IMG/VR virus record: IMGVR_UViG_3300044984_003392
Location: 1 to 45,842 of that record
Source: a virus
Taxonomy: Duplodnaviria; Caudoviricetes
DNA length: 45,842 nucleotides
Direction: 5' to 3' (one strand)
In this document: piece by piece, positions 8,277 to 17,439 of the stretch
Layout: each line of letters begins with the position of its first letter
Numbering within the stretch: position 1 is the first letter of the stretch
Program-made: the position numbers and the translations under genes
Notes under the pieces: generated by a model
What the model saw: only the letters and a program-made list of their open reading frames with translations
Told to the model about the DNA's origin: nothing
The model's database searches: none

Positions 8277-10769
8277 TTACTTAGATTCAAGTGCAGCGAT
8301 ACGCGCCAGCATGGACTCACGCTCGGCAAGCAGGAAAGCAACTGCTGCCCAAAGGTAAGGAGTCCGCTTCGACTGATCAACACCCCAAGGGATATAGACA
8401 GCACCGGGAGTATCTTCAGAACACTCAAGATCAGTTTCTGGATTGATCCAGCCACCGGGAGTAGCCAAGTCTTTTGATACCAAGTAAGAAGTCTGTGCAC
8501 CCCAACCAACTGCTTTTTCGCCAGTAGATTTCCATATGAACTCCCTAACAGGATCAGCCTTGATTACTGCAATAGCTTCTTCACCAGAGTATTGACCAAT
8601 GAAGTCTTTAAGTGTTTCGTCTGATGTAGTAGTAAAAGCAGTTGCTGTAGTAGTAGTCGATATCGAACCAACTTCTGCGGCTGGCAGAGCTAAAGCATGG
8701 TGAAAAACATAATGCTTTCTGGATGATGCAGTTCCAATCGCTTGCGAACGCACTGCTGGATTAGTTGAACCACTAACAGGTAAATGCAGCATCGCGTTTT
8801 CGTTATTGATAAGCGCCGTTACCCCACCAAATTTATAGTTCAATCCTTCATACTGAACAGCACCATCAAAATCAAAAACTACACCACTAGCAGTATTAAA
8901 TTCAACAGGTCCGTTATACGCATAGAGCACACTGCCGTTATTAAACGAGTGCGTATAAGAACCTCCGCCAGAATTGACATAAGTTCGATAAGCACCTAGT
9001 TCTAAACTAGCTGTCTTTGCTGCGTTGTTTATTACAAGTGGTTGAGTGGTTATTACATTATCGACAGCATTTATTTCTAGCGAATTAACATTCTGTAAAT
9101 TTCGCGTGCATTTATCGACGAACATTCCAACGTCAGTTCCCTTTGTGTCGAAGTTTCCGACTAACCAAAAAGATGATGGAGGCAAACCATTAGATACGTT
9201 CTCACCAGCGGTAAAGGTTCCACACAAGCCGAGTTTAGAATCGAATGTCTGAAGATAACCAGTCGTCCAATTCGGCGCAGTCAGTAGGACTTTATAATCA
9301 GTGGTGAATACACCGGCATTTGTCCATAGGGTGTCAGCGTCAGCACTAACATAGAGCAAATTGTTGGTATAGCCGTCAAGCTCCTTACCTGCTCTAGCTG
9401 TTGCTACATAGTAGATTTTGTCTGTTACCGAGTCGTAAAATCCACCGGGAGGCGTTGATTTGTTTTCCAATCCAGCATCAACGCTAGTACCCCAATTCAG
9501 CAAATTCGTGGTTGCATATACAAGCAAATTCGGAGTGGCGCGTACATAACACAACCATTTATCTTCATTGCGAACCCGTAATACGATATTTTCAGAAACA
9601 ACCGTCGAGCCTGTTACATTAGAAACCGTACTCCAAGTGTCCCCATTATCTACAGTGGTGAATGCGTCAAGTCCAGTCGCATCAATGTATCCGAATGTGA
9701 TGAATCCAGTAGTGTTATTCCCGCCTTGGCTGGCAGGGAAGCTGATAATTCCACCAACAGATGCAAAGGTGTAAGACAGTGAACTTGTCGGAACTTCATT
9801 TTTAGTCCAAGTAACGCCACCATCATCCGAGAAAATAAACAGCGGGTATTTGTTTGGGCCAGCCTCAGCACCACGATTACAGAAAAATCCAATGCGACCG
9901 TTAGCAAGCTTTGATACTTTATCTAACCTAGAATCAGTAGCAACGTCAGTCTGTACAAGACGATCATTTACCCACGACTCACCAAAGTCATAAGAGTCTG
10001 CGGCTCTAAGTTCCGCGCCGTCATCAGTGCCGTGTTTAGTGGCTTTCCGGTAAATCATCACCCATTTCAATGGACTTTCAATTTCAACTATTGAGCCCCA
10101 AGCGTAGTGAGCATCGCGGCTTTCGCCAGCAATTACCCTAATACCAGTCTTTCCGAAAGGCGAGTTTTCAGCAGTAAGGCCAAAGTCAGCGGGAGTAATA
10201 TTTTCGCGCATCTTGTCCTGCGCGGTGCGGGGTACTGCGCCAGTCCCGGCTTGGACAAAACTAACTCTTTCCGCAGTCCCTTCAGGCTCGGCCTGCCCGG
10301 CAACCGCAAATTGCAAGACAACTTCATCCCCCAACGCGGCCCCTTCAGAAAGCACAATCCCTTTCGCTGGAGCCGCCATTTCCGTATAAGCATCAACCGG
10401 ATCCTGCAGAAGCCCGTTAACCCAGACAATAACCTGATCACCTGGAACATAAAGCAGGTGTAAGATTGTAAAATCCGTCTGCCCTGCCGTGGCCAGATAG
10501 CGCTCAACCCCAGCCGCGTTGAAAAAGTATTCAGAAGAAAGCGCGGAATCCAGTTGTTCCAAGGCGGCCTGGACATTCGTAGCGGTGAGATTTCCATTAG
10601 GCAGTGATGGAACACCGGCTGCAGTGAGGGGCCCTGCCAGTCCTGGAAAAGTATTCTTCAACACCTGCTTAAGCATGCGTAAGTGGTCATCCCCGCGTGA
10701 GACTCCATCCCCGCCAGTCGGGTTTGCGGAATTAAGTTGATTTATATATGCTGCCGATTCAAGTGCCAT
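8277..10769 (-). CDS. Tail fibre/tailspike with BNR (sialidase-like) domain and C-terminal intramolecular chaperone (peptidase S74-like)
   Basis: N-terminal anchor MALESAAYINQLNSANPTGGD...GDDHLRMLK; linker FVQAGTGAVPRTAQDKMRE; Asp-boxes SYDFGESW, SDDGGVTW, TVDNGDTW; cleavage motif TTSDETLK; terminal coiled coil RIAALESK. Confidence 0.85.
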   Translation of the reverse strand: MALESAAYINQLNSANPTGGDGVSRGDDHLRMLKQVLKNTFPGLAGPLTAAGVPSLPNGNLTATNVQAALEQLDSALSSEYFFNAAGVERYLATAGQTDFTILHLLYVPGDQVIVWVNGLLQDPVDAYTEMAAPAKGIVLSEGAALGDEVVLQFAVAGQAEPEGTAERVSFVQAGTGAVPRTAQDKMRENITPADFGLTAENSPFGKTGIRVIAGESRDAHYAWGSIVEIESPLKWVMIYRKATKHGTDDGAELRAADSYDFGESWVNDRLVQTDVATDSRLDKVSKLANGRIGFFCNRGAEAGPNKYPLFIFSDDGGVTWTKNEVPTSSLSYTFASVGGIISFPASQGGNNTTGFITFGYIDATGLDAFTTVDNGDTWSTVSNVTGSTVVSENIVLRVRNEDKWLCYVRATPNLLVYATTNLLNWGTSVDAGLENKSTPPGGFYDSVTDKIYYVATARAGKELDGYTNNLLYVSADADTLWTNAGVFTTDYKVLLTAPNWTTGYLQTFDSKLGLCGTFTAGENVSNGLPPSSFWLVGNFDTKGTDVGMFVDKCTRNLQNVNSLEINAVDNVITTQPLVINNAAKTASLELGAYRTYVNSGGGSYTHSFNNGSVLYAYNGPVEFNTASGVVFDFDGAVQYEGLNYKFGGVTALINNENAMLHLPVSGSTNPAVRSQAIGTASSRKHYVFHHALALPAAEVGSISTTTTATAFTTTSDETLKDFIGQYSGEEAIAVIKADPVREFIWKSTGEKAVGWGAQTSYLVSKDLATPGGWINPETDLECSEDTPGAVYIPWGVDQSKRTPYLWAAVAFLLAERESMLARIAALESK

Positions 10770-11404
10770 TATGTGTTACCTCCAAGGGCGCGGGGGTGAT
10801 TAATTTCAGTCATTGCGGTATGCCTATCGTACAGGCGTTTCCAGGCGACCTGCGCATCCTGGGCAAAGCCGGAGGCCGCCTCCGGATCTTTAATGTGCAT
10901 TCGGGCGAGTACCTGACACAACTCCGCCAGGACAAGATCGGAGGCATGTTTCAGCCAGAGGCTGGGGGCGCCGGCAAGGGAAATCCGAACGTCCTTGGCA
11001 TAGTAGGTAAGGTGGATCGGATAAGCCTGATCTGGGATTGGGAGGAGCTGGTAAGCGCCAAAGTCAAAGGAGTAGACTTGAGGCTGGCCGCTTCCTGGGT
11101 ACTTCCTATACCCGAGATCCAAATCCGTCTTTACCAGTTCCTTCGACTTGCCAATCGTCGCATCGTATAAGCGTGGGGCGCGTTCTTCCACTTCTCCAAG
11201 GAAGTCGGTAGGGGGGATAAGCGCCTGCACACCGATAACGGTATCCTGGACTGGAGCCGCTTTTGCCAAAAACCATGGAAGCCAGGTATGGGACTCCAGC
11301 ACCGTATCTTGCAGTACATCAAGCTCCGCATCAATCCGAGCAGCCATATCATCTCGATCTCCGAGCCGCCAGCCAACAATCTTAACCAAATCCACCTTAT
11401 CCAT
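10769..11404 (-). CDS. Head-tail adaptor (tail tubular protein A-like)
   Basis: 211 aa; SGQPQVYS...LLPIPDQAYPIHLTYY...WLKHASDLVL pattern of podovirus adaptors; translationally coupled to the tail fibre. Confidence 0.7.
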   Translation of the reverse strand: MDKVDLVKIVGWRLGDRDDMAARIDAELDVLQDTVLESHTWLPWFLAKAAPVQDTVIGVQALIPPTDFLGEVEERAPRLYDATIGKSKELVKTDLDLGYRKYPGSGQPQVYSFDFGAYQLLPIPDQAYPIHLTYYAKDVRISLAGAPSLWLKHASDLVLAELCQVLARMHIKDPEAASGFAQDAQVAWKRLYDRHTAMTEINHPRALGGNT

Positions 11405-12069
11405 CAGATACTCCCTCCTACCAGTTCCCCAACATAATCATGGGTGAATTCAAAGTTACCCACGTGACCCACCTCCTTCGAGACGTCGTGGTCAATATAA
11501 AGGGGAATGGAGGCCTTCTCACACGCTTCGCAGAAAGTCCAGTCCTCCCCCTGGTAGGTACCCGCCTCGGGAAGGTACTTCATATCCCAGACGCCCATGC
11601 CGATCTTGTCGAATACGGACATTTCGATCAGCATAACGCCTGTGCCGATCCGCCAGACCTGCTCGAGACCAGTCGAATCTGGGTCGGTGTAGACGCAGGA
11701 TCCACGCGGATCCTCGGCCTTGGCGCGGGCAGTCGGAATCGCTGGAATAGTCTTCGTTACGCAGTTGACCGCCACAATCGGCTTACCATGGGCGGCCAGC
11801 CTATGCACGAGAGAAGTTGGAAAGGTGTGATCGCTATCCACAAAAAGCAGATGGGAGGCTTTGAGTGCCTGGGCCGCCTTAACCAGCTCCATCCGGTTTT
11901 TCGGCAAAATACTTGAGCGTACATTCACCACGCGAAGTTCCTGCGAGCCGTACCCCGGAACCTGCTTCTGGGTAAAACTCGCAACAAGGTTCACAACGGA
12001 GATGGCGAATTGCGCGTTCCACTCCTGTCCGGAGGGAATGCCAAGTACGCAGTTCAAATGCTTTTTCAT
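11404..12069 (-). CDS. GT-A fold glycosyltransferase (GT2-like)
   Basis: LLFVDSD (DxD), GTGVMLI, GEDWTFC, VGHVG motifs. Confidence 0.8.
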   Translation of the reverse strand: MKKHLNCVLGIPSGQEWNAQFAISVVNLVASFTQKQVPGYGSQELRVVNVRSSILPKNRMELVKAAQALKASHLLFVDSDHTFPTSLVHRLAAHGKPIVAVNCVTKTIPAIPTARAKAEDPRGSCVYTDPDSTGLEQVWRIGTGVMLIEMSVFDKIGMGVWDMKYLPEAGTYQGEDWTFCEACEKASIPLYIDHDVSKEVGHVGNFEFTHDYVGELVGGSI

Positions 12070-12456
12070 TTAACGAGCTACCCCTTTGAATTTCTCAGCC
12101 GTGCGAAGCGCGCCAAGGCCGAGCATGCCCATAAGGACTGGAAGCATTTCGGTCAAGTCGGCAGGAGACAGGTTTATGGTTATGCCGCCGAGCAACAGCC
12201 CAGCTTTCGTAATAGGTAGGCCGATCCAGTTCCAAGCGCAAGCCGCGCCGCAGACCCAACCTATAAAAGGACGCCAGCCTGCCACGAAGACGCTGGAGCT
12301 TTCAGCTTCCGCTTTGTTGATGTCGATCTGACCTTGGACAATGGCAACGGCAGCGGCTAGTTCGGCCTTCTCCTGCTCGGTCTTGTCAGGCCAGATTTTG
12401 TTGATGGCTGTGGTGGCTAGATCAGCAACAGCGCCGATACCAGTGAAGTCACTCAT
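12070..12456 (-). CDS. Holin, GTA 3TM family-like
   Basis: QIDINKAEAESSSVFVAGWRPFIGWVCG and MLGLGALRTAEKFKGV motifs; ATGA overlap with the endolysin stop. Confidence 0.85.
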   Translation of the reverse strand: MSDFTGIGAVADLATTAINKIWPDKTEQEKAELAAAVAIVQGQIDINKAEAESSSVFVAGWRPFIGWVCGAACAWNWIGLPITKAGLLLGGITINLSPADLTEMLPVLMGMLGLGALRTAEKFKGVAR

Positions 12457-12845
12457 TTCCCATCCTCCGAAAAGTGGGCGGTTTCTCTCAGGCGCCCCGA
12501 CCATCTACCTGCCCATTTCATCCCCAGGGCTTCCCCGAGCAGGGCGGTTTTCAGGTACAAGTCCTTATCGTCCCAAGCGGGTTTTCCACCCACCATAGGT
12601 ACGTAGTCGAAAGCCTTCGACTTCCCATTCTTATCCGGATTGTGGCTGGACTGCCCTGCCCGCGCGTTGGTCTTGATCCGCCCAGGCTTCGCCCTCCCAC
12701 TCGCATACAGCTCAGCCTGCTCCTCGTTCGAGCGAAGGGTGCAGTAGATCAGCACCGGCATTCCGGCATCCGCGCACTGTTTCTCAAACTTAATCGCGCG
12801 CTCCCGCATGTACGGGGTCAGGTCGTCAAGGGATCTCGAGGCCAT
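12453..12845 (-). CDS. Endolysin, M15 family L-Ala-D-Glu peptidase
   Basis: TLRSNEEQAELYASGR, SSHN...AFD and ETAHF zinc-peptidase motifs. Confidence 0.9.
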   Translation of the reverse strand: MASRSLDDLTPYMRERAIKFEKQCADAGMPVLIYCTLRSNEEQAELYASGRAKPGRIKTNARAGQSSHNPDKNGKSKAFDYVPMVGGKPAWDDKDLYLKTALLGEALGMKWAGRWSGRLRETAHFSEDGK

Positions 12846-12846
12846 A

Positions 12847-13218
12847 TTATTTCACCTGGGTAATGAAGGAGCTGGCCCAGGCCGGGAGGGCGAACTTCGC
12901 GGTCAGGCCGAGCGCGGCCAGCAAGAGTATTACCTTTAGCAGAGTCAAGGCCCCGCTTACACTGTTCGTAATCAGGGCCTTCTTCGCAGTATCCCAGAAC
13001 TCTTTCTCTGCCTTAGCCGATTCCATTTTCGCCTTGTGATACTCCCGATGCTCTTCAATCCCGCCTGGAAACGCCACCAGAATACTATCTGCCAGTTCCT
13101 TCATGTGCTTCATCTCTTCCTGCCCATGCTCAGAAAAAGCGTTGGCCAAATCCTCAATCGTCACAGGATCTGTTCTGTTTTTTGCATACTTGCGCTTTTC
13201 AACTTGATCCCAGGACAT
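12847..13218 (-). CDS. Lysis-cassette membrane protein (holin/antiholin-like)
   Basis: AFPGGIEEHREYH motif and a C-terminal hydrophobic helix; directly upstream of the endolysin. Confidence 0.55.
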   Translation of the reverse strand: MSWDQVEKRKYAKNRTDPVTIEDLANAFSEHGQEEMKHMKELADSILVAFPGGIEEHREYHKAKMESAKAEKEFWDTAKKALITNSVSGALTLLKVILLLAALGLTAKFALPAWASSFITQVK

Positions 13219-13294
13219 ATTATACCTTTTGATTCTAGCAAGGGATTCCACCCTTTGCTAATTATTATTAAAGTTCCCATACCTATCTGTATCT

Positions 13295-13323
13295 AGTATC
13301 CTTAAATATCAACGGGGAGTCAA
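13295..13323 (-). promoter_or_regulatory. Sigma70-like promoter upstream of the lysis cassette
   Basis: TTGACT-17 bp-GATACT on the minus strand in an intergenic gap. Confidence 0.6.
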
Positions 13324-13390
13324 TACCTGCTTACCAAATTCGATTCGGGGATGGAGGAAAGCCGCCTCGAACCCGTAAAGGTAGTCCTTT

Positions 13391-14644
13391 TTAATACTCC
13401 TCAAGCTGAAGTGATCCGACAACTGTTTGGTTCTGTGTAAGTGGGCTGTAGGCTAGGATCAGCTCGTCAGGGCTATTATCAATCCCGATGGAGAGGGTGC
13501 GGAGTAACGCGTTGGAGTTGGCGTCTGCCCGTCCAGAGGAAACCAGCGGTATTACGCGGAGGATCCTACCAGTAGCTGTCACCGTGGAATTCGCAGCTGG
13601 TGTTCCCACCTCAACTCTAGAATTCGCGGCCCAGGTCATCGGGGCGGAAAGCGTAGGGCGGCGGAGCAGAAGCAGTACCCCCGCATCAGCCGTGAGAATA
13701 GCCGCTCCGATAAAACTTATCAGGACGTGGTATTGGCGACTCGCTGCCGTTTTCCGCACGCCGGTTAAGGGATAAACCGTCCCTATGGTATTCGCGTTTA
13801 CCTGCGGCCCGTACCAGGCGAGCTCCTCGCCCAACTCGCTAACCCCGGCACCTTCCGTTGCCACCTGCGAGCATATCGTCCGGAAACTGCCGCTTCCGCC
13901 GAGACTGCGAAGTTCGTACCGAACGGGTTGGTTCGGATTCAGCATGATCAGATCGGATTGGTATCCTGCGTGATCTGCGATTGTGTGGATAAGCCGAAAC
14001 TCACCATCTACCACAAGGAAGAGACGGAGAGCGGCGCCCCCAAGCCAGAGGAAGTCGATCGAATGTACTGTGAAGGTATCCCAGTCATACCCTGCTACAA
14101 GCGCGGCGTTATCCCATGAACTCGCCGGAATCTGGTGGGTGATGGTACCGGCGCGGCTACACACAAGACTGATCCCGGATTCACTCGACTCTAGCCAGAC
14201 GCCATCTAGCTCAGCAGAGTACGGGGCAACGGCGGAACTGCTAAAATACCCTACGCGCTTTAAAAGGCCGGCAGCCGGAGCAAAACTCGCGTAGGTTTCC
14301 TCGACAAGCTGCGGTTTCCCTGAGTAGTACGGGCAGAAGTATCTGCTTTGCCGGACTACGTAAGTTCCCGCGGTAACCGAAAGTGTAACTGAATTCCCCG
14401 CGTAGGTGGCCTGACCCGTACCCTTCGTATCCCACTTAAGACTGTCCTCAGCCCCAACTATCTTCCCGTCGAAAAGGGTGGTTAGTTGTGAAACCCGGGA
14501 GCGGCTAGACGCGTCCTTCTGCGCGGGGGAACTATGCACCTCGACCTGCTGCCGATAATAGGTAAGTCCGTCCACCTGCACAGTACTAGCCGCGAGCTTC
14601 TTATCCTGATCGGCAGTATTATGCCGGAAGAAACTATCACTCAT
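13391..14644 (-). CDS. Putative virion structural/decoration protein (417 aa)
   Basis: RSRVSQLTTLFD and RQSRYFCPYYSGKPQL motifs resemble a widespread phage virion beta-sandwich family; lies downstream of the capsid gene. Confidence 0.5.
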   Translation of the reverse strand: MSDSFFRHNTADQDKKLAASTVQVDGLTYYRQQVEVHSSPAQKDASSRSRVSQLTTLFDGKIVGAEDSLKWDTKGTGQATYAGNSVTLSVTAGTYVVRQSRYFCPYYSGKPQLVEETYASFAPAAGLLKRVGYFSSSAVAPYSAELDGVWLESSESGISLVCSRAGTITHQIPASSWDNAALVAGYDWDTFTVHSIDFLWLGGAALRLFLVVDGEFRLIHTIADHAGYQSDLIMLNPNQPVRYELRSLGGSGSFRTICSQVATEGAGVSELGEELAWYGPQVNANTIGTVYPLTGVRKTAASRQYHVLISFIGAAILTADAGVLLLLRRPTLSAPMTWAANSRVEVGTPAANSTVTATGRILRVIPLVSSGRADANSNALLRTLSIGIDNSPDELILAYSPLTQNQTVVGSLQLEEY

Positions 14645-14909
14645 CGTCGTCTAACAACTCAGCGATTTCATTCTTGGCCGAGGAAAGGATCTCCATCTTC
14701 TGCACTTTCAGGCAGCAAGAGCCCTCAAACCCGCTCTCCTCCGGATCATCCGGCTTGCTGAAGTTCATTGAGTCCAGGGAGCCGATAAGCACGATTTTCA
14801 CCACATTTCCAGGCTTGTACTTCCGCACCGCCTTGGCATGTTCCTTACTCAGGTCAATATGAGCCGTTGGCTCGCGCCCTTCACCTGAACTTACAATTCC
14901 GTCGATCAT
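14637..14909 (-). CDS. Hypothetical protein
   Basis: ORF with GAGGT RBS before ATG 14909 (GTG 14921 is an alternative start). Confidence 0.6.
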   Translation of the reverse strand: MIDGIVSSGEGREPTAHIDLSKEHAKAVRKYKPGNVVKIVLIGSLDSMNFSKPDDPEESGFEGSCCLKVQKMEILSSAKNEIAELLDDDE

Positions 14910-14928
14910 GTAGAACCTCACTAGATAA

Positions 14929-14962
14929 ATGGGGAGATTAATGTTTCCATTAACCCCCCCAT
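14929..14962. promoter_or_regulatory. 34-bp palindromic site 1 (also a GAAA-loop hairpin and possible terminator after the capsid gene)
   Basis: ATGGGGAGATTAAT-gtttcc-ATTAACCCCCCCAT. Confidence 0.65.
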
Positions 14963-14987
14963 CAATTACTTACTTACTTCAACCAGC

Positions 14988-16190
14988 TTAGACCACGAAA
15001 TTGCTGATCCAGGCCATCGTCTTCAGATGCTCGGCTTCCATGCCAGCCTCGGTGAGCCACTGACCTTTGGTCGTGTCTGCATCGTTGTCCTGGATATTGT
15101 CCTTGAAGGTCGTATCACGCATATGGCGATACTTGAGGGCGGACGGGTCAATGATCGCAGCATCGTTCGTGAAGCGGCCATGGACGTTGAACAGCGGGTG
15201 GGACTTGACATAGATCGTACCCTGGGGAAGAACCCAACGCTGAAGCTTCATGCCATAGACGTCGACAATCCCGTCAAAGTTCACGCGGGTACGGGTCTGG
15301 GAAGCGGCCAGCTTGTTCAGGCTGTTCAAGAAGCCATTGCCCGCAAACACGATCCGCTCATCACCAGCGCCCGAGTTGTAGTCGAACACCTTGTAAACGG
15401 CATCGGTGAACGTGGTTTCAGTCGGGGTGGTCGTGAAAGCCGTGATCATGCTCGACGCGTACTGGGACAGTGCCCAGAGCAGGCCACCGGTCATGCGCAG
15501 GGGCTTACCATTCGAGCCAGTCGTCTCATGACGCTTGCCGAAGAGGAAGGCCATTTCCATAGCGGCGGAATGGTCGAACATCTTGCGCTTCTTGTCATTC
15601 TTGACCGGATCGCCAGTACGGGTCTTGGTCCGCTTAGCGGTTTCCGTAATGTCGTAGGTGGTCTTGAAGATCTGACAAAGATTATACATCTTGGTCGGAT
15701 TGCGAGTAGAAGCACTCGGCGCGCCGGAACCCTCGGCGAAGGCGTTACCGATCTTCGTCAGGTTCGTGCCGTTCGCGATCGGAGCGGCTGTGGTGCCAGA
15801 GCTGGCACGAACGAAGGTAACTGAGCCGGAGGCGCCGTTGGCACCGGCAATAATCACTTCATTGTTGTAGGCCGTGGTAAGCGCCTTTTCAACGAGGAAG
15901 ATATCGCCAGCGACCACATCCGTAGCATCGGTCACGTTGGACGTAACTGCAATCGCCGTGTCCGTGGTGGAGTAGCCCGTCGAAAACGCCACGGTCAGAC
16001 GCAGCGCGTTCAGCTCTTCCTCGTACCAGGCGAATTCCGGGTCGTTCGTGCTTTCGGATTTCATCTTCGACATCAGGGCCGTGAGAGGAGTCTGGCCATT
16101 TGGATTACGCCAGAGGATCATTTCACGGAAGTTCTTCGGGCGTTCATCGGTAGCCCAATCACCAGTACCACGCAAGCCTGCAATAGCCAT
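14988..16190 (-). CDS. Major capsid protein (DUF5309/SU10-like)
   Basis: 400 aa; GLRGTGDWATDERPKNFRE, NLCQIFK, KGQWLTEAGME motifs; AAGGAG RBS; follows the scaffold gene. Confidence 0.9.
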   Translation of the reverse strand: MAIAGLRGTGDWATDERPKNFREMILWRNPNGQTPLTALMSKMKSESTNDPEFAWYEEELNALRLTVAFSTGYSTTDTAIAVTSNVTDATDVVAGDIFLVEKALTTAYNNEVIIAGANGASGSVTFVRASSGTTAAPIANGTNLTKIGNAFAEGSGAPSASTRNPTKMYNLCQIFKTTYDITETAKRTKTRTGDPVKNDKKRKMFDHSAAMEMAFLFGKRHETTGSNGKPLRMTGGLLWALSQYASSMITAFTTTPTETTFTDAVYKVFDYNSGAGDERIVFAGNGFLNSLNKLAASQTRTRVNFDGIVDVYGMKLQRWVLPQGTIYVKSHPLFNVHGRFTNDAAIIDPSALKYRHMRDTTFKDNIQDNDADTTKGQWLTEAGMEAEHLKTMAWISNFVV

Positions 16191-16205
16191 TTTAATACTC
16201 CTTAA

Positions 16206-17108
16206 TTACCAATCTTCTTTTTCCATTTCCATAGCCAGCGCTTCGAACGGATTGCTTGGCCGGATAGGTGCATTGCCCCCACCAGCACCGCGTGCCGGGG
16301 AGAAGGGGGCCACCATCGGTTGCACCATTTGCTGAGGCTGGGGAGCCACAGCGCCTGGAGCGGCAATCCCGAGCGCTGCTCGGACCAAATTACCAATCGC
16401 CTGCGCGGCAACTTCGGGCGGCGCTGTCCGATTCACATTGCGATAGACCGTTCCCAGTTCCATAATCGCCGCCTCGTAACGAGGATCGGCAAGGTCTGGA
16501 TTGACCGAGGTGAAAAGGTTTTTCGCCTTTCCCTCACGTTCGGTATGGTACTGAACCTGTTGCATCATGACGGGCATCATCGCCTGCATCGCGCGCATCG
16601 AGTTTTCCATTACTTCCATATGCACCTTGGCGGCCAGTTTTGGCAGCACGAGCTCCGGCTCAGTCAACATCGCATCCGCAGCTTCCTGATCCAGGGCATA
16701 CACTTGCTCGAGTTGGCTAAGGCGGGAGTTGCGCCAGGTACTGTACTCCTCCGTAGAGACAGTCGCGGCCGGAGGCGGCGTGGGCGCTACAGGTGCAACT
16801 GGGGCTGGAGTTTCAGCCGCGGGAGGGGTTGGAGCCGGTGTCGCCGGAGGTTGGGCGGGGGTTGGTGCAGCTGGGATTTCGACTTTCGTCTCTTCCACAA
16901 CAACTTCATCCCCTTCAACAGCCAGGTCTTCCGTCTCAAAATCTTCCGCGATATCAGTCCAGTTAACATCATCGCCCGTCGAGTCAGATGCAGAGTCGTC
17001 CATTCCAGCGGAAGAGGGGATCGCTGAGTCGGAGGTTCCGCCCAGGTCACTCCCTTCCCCGCTGGACGGGGAATGGTACTTAGTCCAAACAGCTCTTGTC
17101 ACAAACAT
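16206..17108 (-). CDS. Capsid scaffolding protein
   Basis: Acidic, Pro/Ala-rich N-half and helical C-half; lies between portal and capsid genes. Confidence 0.7.
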   Translation of the reverse strand: MFVTRAVWTKYHSPSSGEGSDLGGTSDSAIPSSAGMDDSASDSTGDDVNWTDIAEDFETEDLAVEGDEVVVEETKVEIPAAPTPAQPPATPAPTPPAAETPAPVAPVAPTPPPAATVSTEEYSTWRNSRLSQLEQVYALDQEAADAMLTEPELVLPKLAAKVHMEVMENSMRAMQAMMPVMMQQVQYHTEREGKAKNLFTSVNPDLADPRYEAAIMELGTVYRNVNRTAPPEVAAQAIGNLVRAALGIAAPGAVAPQPQQMVQPMVAPFSPARGAGGGNAPIRPSNPFEALAMEMEKEDW

Positions 17109-17114
17109 ATCTAC

Positions 17115-17402
17115 TTACTCCTTATTCAAAGCACGATGGAGATCAATCTCCACATCTTCAAGCATCGCATGGGTGGTAGCGGCTAGCGACAACCGCCCTT
17201 CCAGCATCCCCTTTTTCCGCTCCATCATATAGACAGCCCCTTCAGACTCCACCGGCGAGAACAGAATCTCTTGTTGAAGGGAATCGACCTGCGCCTGTAT
17301 AGCCGCGTTTATCATGCGCCATATGGGAGACTCAAGCAAGCGCTCGAATTCTTTTTTCTTTTCTTGAATGTTTAAAGGGTCTTGCGGATCATCAGTCATC
17401 AT
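17115..17402 (-). CDS. Small head-assembly hypothetical protein
   Basis: 95-aa helical ORF with GGAG RBS between portal and scaffold. Confidence 0.65.
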   Translation of the reverse strand: MMTDDPQDPLNIQEKKKEFERLLESPIWRMINAAIQAQVDSLQQEILFSPVESEGAVYMMERKKGMLEGRLSLAATTHAMLEDVEIDLHRALNKE

Positions 17403-17410
17403 CTACTCCA

Positions 17411-17430
17411 GAAGAAGCCCCCGAAGGGGC
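17411..17430 (-). terminator. Hairpin / weak intrinsic terminator after the portal gene
   Basis: GCCCC-TTCG-GGGGC followed by TTCTTC on the minus strand. Confidence 0.5.
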
Positions 17431-17439
17431 GGGAAGCGG

